Shown: one piece after another, positions 25,198 to 37,376 of the stretch
How the letters are laid out: each line of letters starts with the position of its first letter
Numbering within the stretch: the stretch's first letter is position 1
DNA from: Octopus bimaculoides
Lineage: Eukaryota
DNA length: 64,000 bases
Assembly: GCF_001194135.2 (NCBI RefSeq)
Contig: NC_068994.1
Location: 50,957,328 to 51,021,327, forward strand
Direction of reading: 5' to 3'
Translations under genes and position numbers: made by a program
The notes under the pieces: model-generated
Told to the model about the DNA's origin: nothing
What the model saw: only the letters and a program-made list of their open reading frames with translations
Databases searched by the model: none

Positions 25198-25470
25198 GGG
25201 TGGATGACCATCTTGTAATTCTTCATCCACTCCTGATGTTGAGGGTGGATGACCATCTTGTAATTCTTCATCCACTCCTGATGTTGAGGGTGGATGGTCA
25301 TTTTGTGTTGGTGCTGATGTGATTTATAAAGCAACTAGTAATAGCACTAACTGCCCTTCTCCAGTGACTCTTGGTGTTTACTAGAGTGGATGGCCATTTT
25401 GTAGTCCTTCATCCACTGCTGATATCAAGAGGGTGGATGGTCATTTTGCGCTGGTGCTGATATGATGTAA
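25198..25470. repeat. 45-bp minisatellite with internal inverted repeat (GTGGATGA-N15-TCATCCAC)
   Basis: Two identical units at 25198-25242 and 25243-25287, plus diverged or partial units at 25288, 25384 and 25431. Confidence 0.85.
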
Positions 25471-26451
25471 AAAAAATATAAAGAANNNNNNNNNNNNNNN
25501 NNNNNNNNNNNNNNNNNNNNNNNNNNNNNNNNNNNNNNNNNNNNNNNNNNNNNNNNNNNNNNNNNNNNNNNNNNNNNNNNNNNNNNNNNNNNNNNNNNNN
25601 NNNNNNNNNNNNNNNNNNNNNNNNNNNNNNNNNNNNNNNNNNNNNNNNNNNNNNNNNNNNNNNNNNNNNNNNNNNNNNNNNNNNNNNNNNNNNNNNNNNN
25701 NNNNNNNNNNNNNNNNNNNNNNNNNNNNNNNNNNNNNNNNNNNNNNNNNNNNNNNNNNNNNNNNNNNNNNNNNNNNNNNNNNNNNNNNNNNNNNNNNNNN
25801 NNNNNNNNNNNNNNNNNNNNNNNNNNNNNNNNNNNNNNNNNNNNNNNNNNNNNNNNNNNNNNNNNNNNNNNNNNNNNNNNNNNNNNNNNNNNNNNNNNNN
25901 NNNNNNNNNNNNNNNNNNNNNNNNNNNNNNNNNNNNNNNNNNNNNNNNNNNNNNNNNNNNNNNNNNNNNNNNNNNNNNNNNNNNNNNNNNNNNNNNNNNN
26001 NNNNNNNNNNNNNNNNNNNNNNNNNNNNNNNNNNNNNNNNNNNNNNNNNNNNNNNNNNNNNNNNNNNNNNNNNNNNNNNNNNNNNNNNNNNNNNNNNNNN
26101 NNNNNNNNNNNNNNNNNNNNNNNNNNNNNNNNNNNNNNNNNNNNNNNNNNNNNNNNNNNNNNNNNNNNNNNNNNNNNNNNNNNNNNNNNNNNNNNNNNNN
26201 NNNNNNNNNNNNNNNNNNNNNNNNNNNNNNNNNNNNNNNNNNNNNNNNNNNNNNNNNNNNNNNNNNNNNNNNNNNNNNNNNNNNNNNNNNNNNNNNNNNN
26301 NNNNNNNNNNNNNNNNNNNNNNNNNNNNNNNNNNNNNNNNNNNNNNNNNNNNNNNNNNNNNNNNNNNNNNNNNNNNNNNNNNNNNNNATACACATACACG
26401 CACACTCACTCTTTCTCCCACATGTATATACAAAAGCTGCTTGTGTGTGCA

Positions 26452-26487
<36 letters not shown>

Positions 26488-26963
26488 TGTGATTTCACAA
26501 ACACTGCAGAGATGTACTCAATATGTGGTTTGAGTGTATTCATTATAATATTTTGGTTAAAAGATGACTACCATTCTATAACTTTAATTTTCATGCTGGT
26601 AAAACCAAGCATCAGATAAAATTTCAGGCAATAGATGAGCGGAATCATTAGAAAGTCAGGTAAAATGTCTGCTGTATATTTTGTGAGACTTGGCAAGGAG
26701 AACTTGGCCTTTTCATCCTTTAGTTAGAAGGTTTGATAAAATAAAATACTAATCTGGGCCGGTGGGGGGAGCGATTTAAGTATCTCTGTAAAGCCATCTT
26801 GTCAATAAATAAATGGGTTTTGACTTGGTTACTCACATACAATGCAATCAAATGAATATAAACCTTGGAAATATTTTCATACATGCACACACACACACAC
26901 ACACACATGTAGAGATGATAGTTTGTGACATAGTTACAGAGTGACTTTCTTATAGATATGTAG

Positions 26964-26994
<31 letters not shown>

Positions 26995-27750
26995 GGTAAT
27001 GAGGACGAGTGTGTGAGAATCTCTGACTAAATATTAGCAAAAGAGAATTAGTCTCCACAAATTGTTATTTGAAAATGCTCGTTGAACCTAAATTAATCCC
27101 GCTCTGATGTAACCCAGCATTTTGTTTGATGGTCCTACACTGAGAGGGAATAATGGGTTGGTACTTGACAGAAAATATATGTATGTATGTATATGTAAAT
27201 TTTTGGTGGTGGGGTGGAATAGTGGATCTTGAAGCATACATAAAGTTATAAACAATAGTTGTCCAAAAGGGTTTTTTCAATCCAATATTTACATATTATT
27301 TATAGCTTTGTGTGAGCTTTGAGATCCGCTCTTCCAAAGAATTATTTCCTGTTCTTATTAAATTCTTTTGACATCAACAACATAATATTCATATATATAT
27401 ATATATATATANNNNNNNNNNNNNNNNNNNNNNNNNNNNNNNNNNNNNNNNNNNNNNNNNNNNNNNNNNNNNNNNNNNNNNNNNNNNNNNNNNNNNNNNN
27501 NNNNNNNNNNNNNNNNNNNNNNNNNNNNNNNNNNNNNNNNNNNNNNNNNNNNNNNNNNNNNNNNNNNNNNNNNNNNNNNNNNNNNNNNNNNNNNNNNNNN
27601 NNNNNNNNNNNNNNNNNNNNNNNNNNNNNNNNNNNNNNNNNNNNNNNNNNNNNNNNNNNNNNNNNNNNNNNNNNNNNNNNNNNNNNNNNNNNNNNNNNNN
27701 NNNNNNNNNNNNNNNNNNTGTATGTATATATATGTATGTATGTATGTATG

Positions 27751-27781
<31 letters not shown>

Positions 27782-29073
27782 ATATATATGTATGTATGTA
27801 TATATATATATATGTATGTATGTATGTATATATAAATTTGGAGTGTGTAAATACTTTAAATGCAAAGTAGGAACATTAAAATTTGTAAGATTGGGAAAAA
27901 CTTTGAAAATATTCCCAAAATGAAAAAATGTGATTTGGAAACATGGAAAAAAAATTGAATATTTGAAAATATTGAAAATGGAAGATCAGAAGACAGAGAA
28001 TTGAGACATGAAGAAGTTATAAAATTGGGAAATTAGAATAATCAAGAAAATTAAGAAAAAATGGATATCGGAAAAAAAAAAAAAAGAATTCTGAAATGTA
28101 AAATAAAAGCAAGAGGAAGGCCCTGATGCCCATTGACTTATTGATTGATTATCAATCTGAGGCCTGTCGTCACCAGTTGGGACATGAATGAATAAATTCT
28201 TAGATGTGTATAGTTTGAAGATCATTGCTGAAATGATTAAGGCCAGAAAAGCTATCAAGATTCTAGGGTCGGACAAATTGTTAGAAGCATCAAGGGTGAG
28301 TCATCGTAGCATACTTATGGAATCCCATTGTTTTGAATTAATCACACATTATCTTCATAGCTTTGAGACTTCAATGGTGCGATTATTATTAATTTTAGAA
28401 TAGCACTGTATGGATATGCACGAGAGGCTAGATCTGGCTGGTTCAAACATAAAGCAGGTAAGATATTTGAGCCAGATATGGTCAATTTGAATGCAAAAGG
28501 GTTAAGCTTCATCTGTGGCATCCTCAGCAATGTATACTGTAATAATCTCTTCATTCACATTGTAACAAACATCAACTCCATCTTCTACATGTTTTGATAT
28601 TTCCTAATCCCCTCATTCAAGTTTTCCGTTGTGTACACCTGGATACAAGTAGAACATGCAGCAATCAATACAGAAACTTTTCCTAACATCATCATCATCA
28701 TGGGATGGGAAAGATCCTCACCCTTCTCAGAATTTCAAACTTTGGTCCATGTCTTTTACTAAAAGCATTGACCAACTGATGCTGCTTTAACTCACTTCCA
28801 GCTCATTTTGAATAACTGTCTTGAAGTTAGATGAAATTTAACATGTCATCAATAGTTGTTGAGAGGCCATTCTTTGTGACTGACAATCTTTTTATCCATT
28901 GGGCCTCTGACAACTCCTCTAATTTTGATTATTTGCCAAAAGCTGTAAACAATTCCATTACCATTATCTTACTCTTACATCTTTTTGTGGTTGATTTAAA
29001 CTAATTGTTATCCTCCTCCAAATTCCTAGTCTTGAGCATATGTTAACAATTATTATTATTATTATTATTATTT

Positions 29074-29306
29074 AAGGCGGTGAGCTGGCTGACTTGTTAG
29101 CACGCTGGGCAAAATGCTCAGTGGTATTTTGTCTGCTGCTACGCTCTGAGTTCAAATTCCGCCGAAGTTGACTTTGCCTTTCATCCTTTCAAGGTTGATA
29201 AATGAAGTACCAGTAAAACACTGGGGGTCGATGTAATCGACTAATCCCCTCCCGCCAAATTTCAGGCTTCGTGCCTCTATAGTAGAAAGGATTATTATTA
29301 TTATTA
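29074..29306 (+). mobile_element. tRNA-derived SINE family A (AAGGCGGTGAGCTGG...GAGTTCAAATTCCGCCG...TAGAAAGG(ATT)n), followed by a second copy to about 29490
   Basis: A box and B box, (ATT)n on both flanks; more than 10 copies in the window. Confidence 0.85.
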
Positions 29307-29611
29307 TAGCAAAATTATTAGCACATCACTGGTATTTTTTCTGGCTCTTTACATTCTGTGTTCAAATCCTGCCAAGATCAACTTTCCTGCCTCTGCTGTT
29401 GATAAAATAAAGTACCAGCCAAACATTGGGATCAATAGTGTCAACTGGCCCCTTTCTCTCAAAATTGATGGCCTTGTGCCAAAATTAGAAACCATTGCAT
29501 CTAGAGTGCTCTTTGACTGTATGTTTGATGTGACTTTTGTAATTTTGGTAAGTTCAAGCCTTGATACACTTAGGTTCCAGTACTTCTTCTCAATTTCACA
29601 TGTTGTTCATA

Positions 29612-29792
29612 CTTTGTGTTCAACAACTGTTTTGTTAATACCACCAAATGTATAATTACATAATTAAATCAAATTAAATTAAATTATTAATTTAAAAACT
29701 GTGTTTATTCATTTAAATTCATTATGTATCAGAATCATTTAATTATACAATTGGTATTGTTTATATTAACGAAACAGCTGTTGAACACAAAA
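29612..29792. mobile_element. TA-flanked fold-back MITE (Tc1/mariner type)
   Basis: Arms of about 45-50 bp (TTTGTGTTCAACARCTGTTTYGTTAATA...ACCAAWTGTATAATTA) in inverted orientation, with TA at 29610-29611 and 29793-29794. Confidence 0.7.
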
Positions 29793-30008
29793 TAGGAACT
29801 ATGTATGAAATTTCTACTGTTATGTTAAATATATAGCTTTTAAAGATCATTCTAGCTAATTGTGCATATTCTTGCAAGACAGCCCCACTTGCATTTACTG
29901 TACTGTAATAATATGTTAGAGTTTAAACAAACAGTCATTAATTGAGCTCTTACTTACAGAGAATATATTCTTTGATGCTTATACATTAATTCTTTCTCTC
30001 TCTCTCTT

Positions 30009-30059
<51 letters not shown>

Positions 30060-31828
30060 TCATTCATTCATTCATTCATTCCTCCTCTTAGCATTATTCA
30101 CAATTGATCCAATCCATCACCTGAATGTTTCTGTATTATTTGTGGACATATTTTTCTTAACACAACTTCTCTGACGACATCAGTCAAACTTGCTGCTTGC
30201 AGCTGATTTTTACTGAAAATCCATNNNNNNNNNNNNNNNNNNNNNNNNNNNNNNNNNNNNNNNNNNNNNNNNNNNNNNNNNNNNNNNNNNNNNNNNNNNN
30301 NNNNNNNNNNNNNNNNNNNNNNNNNNNNNNNNNNNNNNNNNNNNNNNNNNNNNNNNNNNNNNNNNNNNNNNNNNNNNNNNNNNNNNNNNNNNNNNNNNNN
30401 NNNNNNNNNNNNNNNNNNNNNNNNNNNNNNNNNNNNNNNNNNNNNNNNNNNNNNNNNNNNNNNNNNNNNNNNNNNNNNNNNNNNNNNNNNNNNNNNNNNN
30501 NNNNNNNNNNNNNNNNNNNNNNNNNNNNNNNNNNNNNNNNNNNNNNNNNNNNNNNNNNNNNNNNNNNNNNNNNNNNNNNNNNTATTATTATTATTATTTC
30601 TTTTTAATATTCTCTCTCTGCTACAAAATACTGATGCCATATAAGGCAATGCAAGAAAGACTGAAAGAAAGAAGGAAAGAAAGAATTAAAAATAAATAAA
30701 GGAATTATACCAAACATTGAATAAAATTTTTCGATAAACTGGATTTGTTTCTGTTGATTCTTTTTGTTGGTTGTTTTGCTTTTTCTTTTGTTTGTATTTA
30801 TTTGTGTGTGTGTGTGTGTGTGTGTCTTATACAAGCATAACCGAATGGTTAAGCAGTTCTTTCCATTACCATGAGGTCTTGATGTCAATCCCACTGCATG
30901 ATTCCTTTGACAAGTGTCTTCTACGATTGCCTCGGGTCGGTCCCAAGCTTTGTGAATGAAATTCACTTGAGGGAAACTGTGTAGAGGCCGACCTGTTATT
31001 TAAAGGTTTGTCAATTATCACACACAGTGACACATATGTCTGTGGAATACTCAGCCACTTGCATAACAGTAATTGGGAACAAAAACAGGACAGTGGAGAC
31101 ATACAAGGAAACCGAACGAAAACAAACATGGAGGGTTGTTAGACTAGAACGAGAGGAAAATAGTGAAAGCTGGGAGAAATATTTTCTTTGAAAACAGAAA
31201 AGATAAAAGAGAAAGAAAAAAAAAACGTCCAATCCTTTGAACGCCGTGCAGGAAAAAAAAGATGGTCACGTGAGAGAAAGAAAGATGGACGATGGTCACT
31301 TGTGAGCAAAGAGAGAAAGAGGAAGAGAGAGAGAGAATTTATGGGAGCAACTGTCTTTGAAAACTCATATTATCATTGAATGCTCGAAATGAGTTGATAG
31401 ACAGCTGACAACCGATAAAAGGTCGTTTCTCTGTGTTTACTTGTCTTGTCTTCCAATTTTTTCCCCGTTGTTTACGTATTTAATTCGTTTTTCTACGTAT
31501 TTCATGTTGTTTTCACAGTTGGTGACGTCCTATACCCATATATATACATACTTATACACCACACATACACACACATATTATTTATTATTATTATTATATA
31601 TATATATATATTATTTACGTCATAAGAATTTGGAAACTTCGAGAGATGTGAAATTAATCGTTTTAACCGCTTGAAGTAAATAATGCTATAAATAATAGCT
31701 TTATCTACTTCGAGTTCTTCTTTTCAAAAACAATATAGATACATACACACACACACATACACATACATGTCAACAAACATTTAAGTATCCAGGTCTAACA
31801 ACCTGATATATCTATGTTTCTGGTAAAT

Positions 31829-32418
31829 ATCATCATCATCGTTTAATGTCTGCTTTCCATGCTAGCATGGGTTGGACGATTTGACTGAGGACTGGTGAAA
31901 CCGGATGGCAACACCAGGCTCCAATCTAAATTTGGCAGAGTTTCTACAGCTGGATGCCCTTCCTAACGCCAACCACTCAGAGAGTGTAGTAGGTGCTCTT
32001 ACGTGTCACCTGCACGAAAGCCAGTCAGGCGATACTGGCAACGGCCACGCTCGAAATGGTGTCTTTTATGTGCCACCCGCACAAGCCAGTCCAGGGGCAC
32101 TGGCAACGATCTCGCTCGAAAATCCTACGGGAGCCAGTCAGGCGGTACTGGCAACGGCGACGCTCAAAATGGTGCATCTTATGTGCCACCCACACAAGAG
32201 CCAGTCCAGGGGCACTGGCAACGATCTCACTTGGCTTGCCGGGTCTTCTCACGCACAGCACATTTCCAAAGGTCTCGGTCAGTAGTCATCGCCTCGGTGA
32301 GGCCCAATGTACGAAGGTCTTGCCTCACCACCTCAGCCCAGGTGTTCCTGGGCCTACATCTTCCACGGGTTCCCTCAACTTTTAGGGTGTGGCACTTTTT
32401 CAGGCAGCTATCCTCACA
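31829..32418 (-). mobile_element. RTE LINE 3' end (ORF2 C-terminus, 3' UTR and (GAT)n tail)
   Basis: Encodes ...KKCHTLKVEGTRGRCRPRNTWAEVVRQDLRTLGLTEAMTTDRDLWKCAVREKTRQAK*; near-identical to the copies at 54150 and 56524. Confidence 0.9.
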
Positions 32419-32937
32419 TATTTACAAAGGCGCAAAGACACCTACACACGTTACAAATCTATAACTGAATGGCAGCTAAAAAAAAAGTTTTCCTTCGCAT
32501 AACTCGAGAACTGATAAAATGAAACGAAACGTCTGTTTTAACGATAACTAAAGTTGTAAAGATTCTTTACAAAGATAGTTCATGTTTCAAAATCATTCTT
32601 TAAAAAAATAAAGTAAGGACAACTTACGAAATGTTTTTTTATATATTGATATTGGAAAAATATTTTGTTGAAAATTAAAAATAATAATTCTCAGGAAATT
32701 TTAAAAAATTGAAATTATTTTTTGTTAACTCACATTCAGTTGACTTCACAATGACACACAGTTACCATTATATATGTATGAATGTGTGTGTCTGTGTATA
32801 TATGTGTGTGTTTGTGTATATATGTCTGTTATGAAAGCAATGGAAACAAAATGAAAGGCAACACAGAAAGGATAAGCTTTTACAAATATTGTGTTAGCAT
32901 AACGCTTAAAAGGAAAATTAAGGTGGGGAAAAAAGAG

Positions 32938-32973
32938 TCTTAACGTTTTGGATAAAAGTCCTTTATCAGAAGA
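32938..32973 (-). ncRNA. Decayed hammerhead motif
   Basis: Reverse complement TCTT-CTGATAA-A-GGA-CTTTTA-TCC-AAAA-CGT-T-AAGA. Stems are intact, but core G8 and G12 are mutated to A. Confidence 0.4.
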
Positions 32974-33458
32974 AAAGCGGAGAAGTGGTTGGAGGAAAAA
33001 TACACACACACGCACACACATTACATCAACCCCAGAGCTCAAATGTTATCTATTTCATCGGACCCGACATGTCGAAATACTATGTTCTCCTCGGAGTCGT
33101 TTGAACTCCATATTTATATATAATGTATCTTTACTTTTTCCCGCTGAGAGAGCTTTGGGATTTATTTGAAGGATAAACGTTTCCTATGATAACATTTATC
33201 AAACTTAAATAATATGCTAGGACATGGCGTCTTTATGAACTCCAAGGTGATTTTTTTTTTTTCACTTAAAGAAACTTTAAGTAGCCGTTAGAACTGGCTT
33301 CAACCGGCCAAATTAAACAAACACTGCGGTGGTGAATACCGCCTCTTTTGTTCATTACTGCTGCTGCTGCTGCTACTACTACTACTACAACATAGATGTA
33401 CAGAAGACAATTCTGAAAAAATTTTTATGCATACTGTGTACATAAACATATGTATGTA

Positions 33459-33521
<63 letters not shown>

Positions 33522-33635
33522 NNNNNNNNNNNNNNNNNNNNNNNNNNNNNNNNNNNNNNNNNNNNNNNNNNNNNNNNNNNNNNNNNNNNNNNNNNNNNNN
33601 NNNNNNNNNNNNNNNNNNNNNNNNNNNNNNNNCTG

Positions 33636-33668
<33 letters not shown>

Positions 33669-33687
33669 ATATATATGTGTGTGTGTG

Positions 33688-33735
<48 letters not shown>

Positions 33736-34382
33736 TATATGACATTCTGAAAAATCATATATATATATATATATATATATACATTCCATACATACATGCA
33801 TGCATACATACACATGCTTATGCATACATACACACGCATGCATGCACACACACACATACACACATAAATATATGTAATTTGTTTTCAAAATGTTTACTTT
33901 ATAACAGACATCCCTACTGAAGAAACATGAATATAGAAAAGAAAAAAAAAAAAAGAAAAAGAATATGTACATTAAAAAGAAAGAAAAAGATAAGAATTCA
34001 AAATCATATATTATAATGTATATAAACAGAGATAACAGTAGGAAGAACATTAGCAATATGGCTGATGGGGAAATACCTCAGGGAAGAGTTTTATGCATTA
34101 AAAAAATACAAATACGATAGAACCTTGTATATGGAATATTGTGAGTTATAAAACTTCAATTAGCAGGAATATTTTTCATTCGGCTTTATTACTAATATTT
34201 ATAATCAACATTGACATCTATACGTTGCTTTAATTTCCCTATATAGCGACGTTGAGTCTTAGTTTTGCCAACTAAGTGGAATATGACTTCGCTGGGGCGG
34301 TCTAATAAGGCGGGAATATGTCTTTTGCTTTCAGAACCACTTGGTTTAGCTTCGAAGACTAGATCTATTCCAGTTTTCATTG

Positions 34383-34558
34383 CAGTGGTTCTCAACCTTT
34401 TGTAATATTAGAGCCAGATTCAAAACCGGGATTTATTTTTAAGGGGCTGGGCCCCCAAAAAATAAAATCCAAGTCAATTAAAGGAAAATACATTATATTT
34501 ATAGAGGGAAGACCGTCGGGGGTCACGGGAAAGATGCTTGAGGGCCGCATGCGACCCT
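34383..34558. mobile_element. hAT-Charlie-like MITE fragment
   Basis: Starts CAGTGGTTCTCAACCTTTT, a typical Charlie/MER TIR; subterminal GAGGGCCGCATGCGACCC; right TIR missing. Confidence 0.6.
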
Positions 34559-34604
34559 ACTGTTCTGAGTCTTGTACTGCAACGTATGATGGTGTGGTAT
34601 TCTG

Positions 34605-34790
34605 TATGACCGTCTTAGGGTTAGAATTACCGCCTTAAGGTAACCGTCATGGCGCACTGGGTAGTTGCCCAAGGGCCTCACCGGTCTTGGGGCTTAATCT
34701 ACGTATGCTGTCTTGCTGTCAATAAATAAATATTATAGGGCCCAGTGCATTGAATGCCTGGGGCCCTACAACGCTGCTAAGACGGTCCTG
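34605..34790. mobile_element. hAT (Tip100-like) MITE
   Basis: TIR GACCGTCTTAG / CTAAGACGGTC(CTG); imperfect 8-bp flanks GTATTCTG / GTATTGTA. Confidence 0.6.
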
Positions 34791-36040
34791 GTATTGTACA
34801 GTAATGCACTGTACTGTAGTGTAGAATTCTGCACTGTAGTACGGGGACATACTATATAGTGTATGGAGGTATACTTTACTGTATTACAGAATGAAGTATT
34901 GTACAGTATGGTGGTGTCTGTATTGCCCTATAGTGTAGAATGGTGTACTGTACTGTAGTGTATGGCAGTTTACTATACTGTACTTCATGCTCTTCTTTCT
35001 ATTGTACCGTAGCGTATGATGGGGCATTGTAATAAATGGTAAGGTCTGAAGGCGTAGTATATTCTGTGTATGTATGGGGAGAGGTGTTGGTGTGCTGTAC
35101 CGTACAGTATGCCAGTGTACCGTTTTATATGCCCATGTATTTGTACTGTGAGTGTATTGCGTGGTACAAGTATGACGGTGGTGGGATATGGCGTGATGGA
35201 GTGCTGAGGAAAAGTAGTAGATAGAAAGTGTGTAGGGGGGGGGGTGGACAAGGAGAAAGAGGCGGACAGACAGACAGAGAGGTGGGTACAGATGACCAAC
35301 AAAGACAGAAAGAAGAAAACGAAAAAAAAAAAATATGGAAGATGAAATTGAAGAATAAGAACAATAATAATAATAATAAATTAAGAAATAAATGAAACTG
35401 AGCGAAGGAAAGAAAGAGTAGTAGTAGTAGTGGGGGTGTCGACGTGGTGGTGGTGGTGGTGGTGGCAGCAGCAGCAGTAGTAGTAGTAGTGGTAGTGGTG
35501 GTGGTAGCTATAGGTGTGATANNNNNNNNNNNNNNNNNNNNNNNNNNNNNNNNNNNNNNNNNNNNNNNNNNNNNNNNNNNNNNNNNNNNNNNNNNNNNNN
35601 NNNNNNNNNNNNNNNNNNNNNNNNNNNNNNNNNNNNNNNNNNNNNNNNNNNNNNNNNNNNNNNNNNNNNNNNNNNNNNNNNNNNNNNNNNNNNNNNNNNN
35701 NNNNNNNNNNNNNNNNNNNNNNNNNNNNNNNNNNNNNNNNNNNNNNNNNNNNNNNNNNNNNNNNNNNNNNNNNNNNNNNNNNNNNNNNNNNNNNNNNNNN
35801 NNNNNNNNNNNNNNNNNNNNNNNNNNNNNNNNNNNNNNNNNNNNNNNNNNNNNNNNNNNNNNNNNNNNNNNNNNNNNNNNNNNNNNNNNNNNNNNNNNNN
35901 NTTCTTTAATTTATATTTTATTATTTTGCCAAATGACGCCACTTTAGTTGCAGCAGAAATAGTAGAGAAATGGAGTAAAGTTAGGCAGAAAAAATATAAT
36001 GATAATAACAACAATAACAACAATAATAATAATAATAGTC

Positions 36041-36252
36041 CCTTCTACTGGAAGCACAAGGCCTCAAATTTTGGGGAAGGGATTAAGTTGATTACATCGA
36101 CACCAGTACGTAACTGGTACTAATTTTATCGACCTGAAAGGAAGAAAGGCAAAGTTGACCTCGGCGGAACTTGAACTCAGAATGTAACAGCAAAGAAATA
36201 CTGCTAAGCATTCCGCCCGGCGTGCTAACGTTTCTGCCAGCATGCCACCTTA
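36041..36252 (-). mobile_element. SINE family A
   Basis: Reverse complement of the 29074 type; AAT tracts on both sides. Confidence 0.85.
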
Positions 36253-36274
36253 AATAATAATAATAATAATAAAA

Positions 36275-37167
36275 GGGAAAACAAAGGAAGAAGTACAAAA
36301 AAGGACATGAAGAAGAATTACGCAAGAAGAGAGTACACAATCAATTCCATGTAATCACAACAGAAGTTGCTGGAAAAAATAGGTAGGATTGGCTGATGAA
36401 AGGAGCCCTAAAAAAGCAGACCGAAAGCACTATATTAGCAGCGCAGGACCAAGCTTTGGCCACGAACTGGAGGATCAACCTTAGGAATGAACAAGTGTCT
36501 CCGCTGTGTCGTATCTGCAATACAATAATGTGCCCATATCACGAACGAATGTGCTAGACTTGCCCAAAACTATTACAAATTTCGGCGACACGACCAGGTA
36601 ACGAAAGTGCTACATTGGAAACTGTGTGAAAAGTGGGGGCTAGAGAGAGGCAAGATGTCGTATGAGCACAGACTGCAGAGAGTGACAGAGTCGAAGACTA
36701 GCAAAATCTTCAGGGATTTCCCAATCCAAACAGATCAGGTGCTAGAGCATATCAGACCGGACTTAGTGGCGGTGGACAAAATGCACCACATATGCTATAT
36801 AGTTGATGTTGCATGCCCCTTTGACCCACGAATAGTCAAGAAGGAAAACGAAAAGATAGATACAACCCTCTTAAGTACGAAATAGCCCGGCTGTGGAGAA
36901 TGAAGGTGAAGCTAGTGCCAATTATTGTTGTGTCATTGGGAACAATATCAGAAGGCATCAAGAGGAATATAAGGGGAATTGGAATAGAAGGCCCAGGAGA
37001 ACTGTTACTAAAGGTTTGCATCCTTAGCACGGCCAGAATAATCAAGAAAGTATTAGCTAGCTGAAAAGAATGAATAGCATGGTACCGTAGGCTGCAGGTA
37101 GTAAGCCCGCTACATATGTAAGACTCAAAGAGCTCCAACAAAACCTGTGATAAAGAGAAAATAATAA
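36275..37167 (+). mobile_element. 5'-truncated R4/Dong-like non-LTR retrotransposon (CCHC knuckle plus REL endonuclease), frameshifted
   Basis: HNQF...WLMKGALKKQTESTILAAQDQALATNW...PLCRIC; RRHDQV; LHWKLCEKWGL; DFPIQTD..LEHIRPDLVAVDK..CYIVDVACPFD..IVKKENEKI; KYEIARLWRMKVKLVPIIVVSLG. Ends in an AAT-repeat tail. Confidence 0.85.
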
Positions 37168-37376
37168 GGCACAAGGCCTTGAAAATTTGGGGAGGAAGGG
37201 GGCTAGTCGATTATGTCGACCTCAGTGCGTAACTGGTACTTATTTCATCGATTTTGAAGTGAAGAAAAGCAAAGCTGACCTCGGCGGAATTTGAACTCAG
37301 AATGTAGCGACAGACGAAATACCGCTAAGCATTTCACACGGCGTGCGTGCTAACGATTCTACCAGCCCACCGCTTT
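37166..37376 (-). mobile_element. SINE family A
   Basis: As above; abuts the R4-like LINE tail. Confidence 0.85.

Noticed and set aside
25050-25470. CRISPR-like reading of the hairpin array, and the repeated peptide RVDDHLVILHPLLML
   Set aside because: The units are fully identical with no unique spacers, there are no cas genes, and the context is eukaryotic. The peptide is simply the 45-bp unit in frame.
28588-28650. Minus-strand VYTTENLNEGIRK resembling the Mutator/IS256 motif YTTN.IES.N..IRK
   Set aside because: Too short and gapped, with no other transposase motifs or TIRs nearby.
29074-29165. tRNA-like A/B boxes in SINE heads (also at 2700-2778, 9800-9882 and others)
   Set aside because: They continue into SINE bodies and tails and do not give complete cloverleafs, so they are not tRNA genes.
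34192-34395. 67-aa minus-strand ORF in the CpG-rich region
   Set aside because: It starts inside a hAT TIR and has no recognisable domain or splice support.
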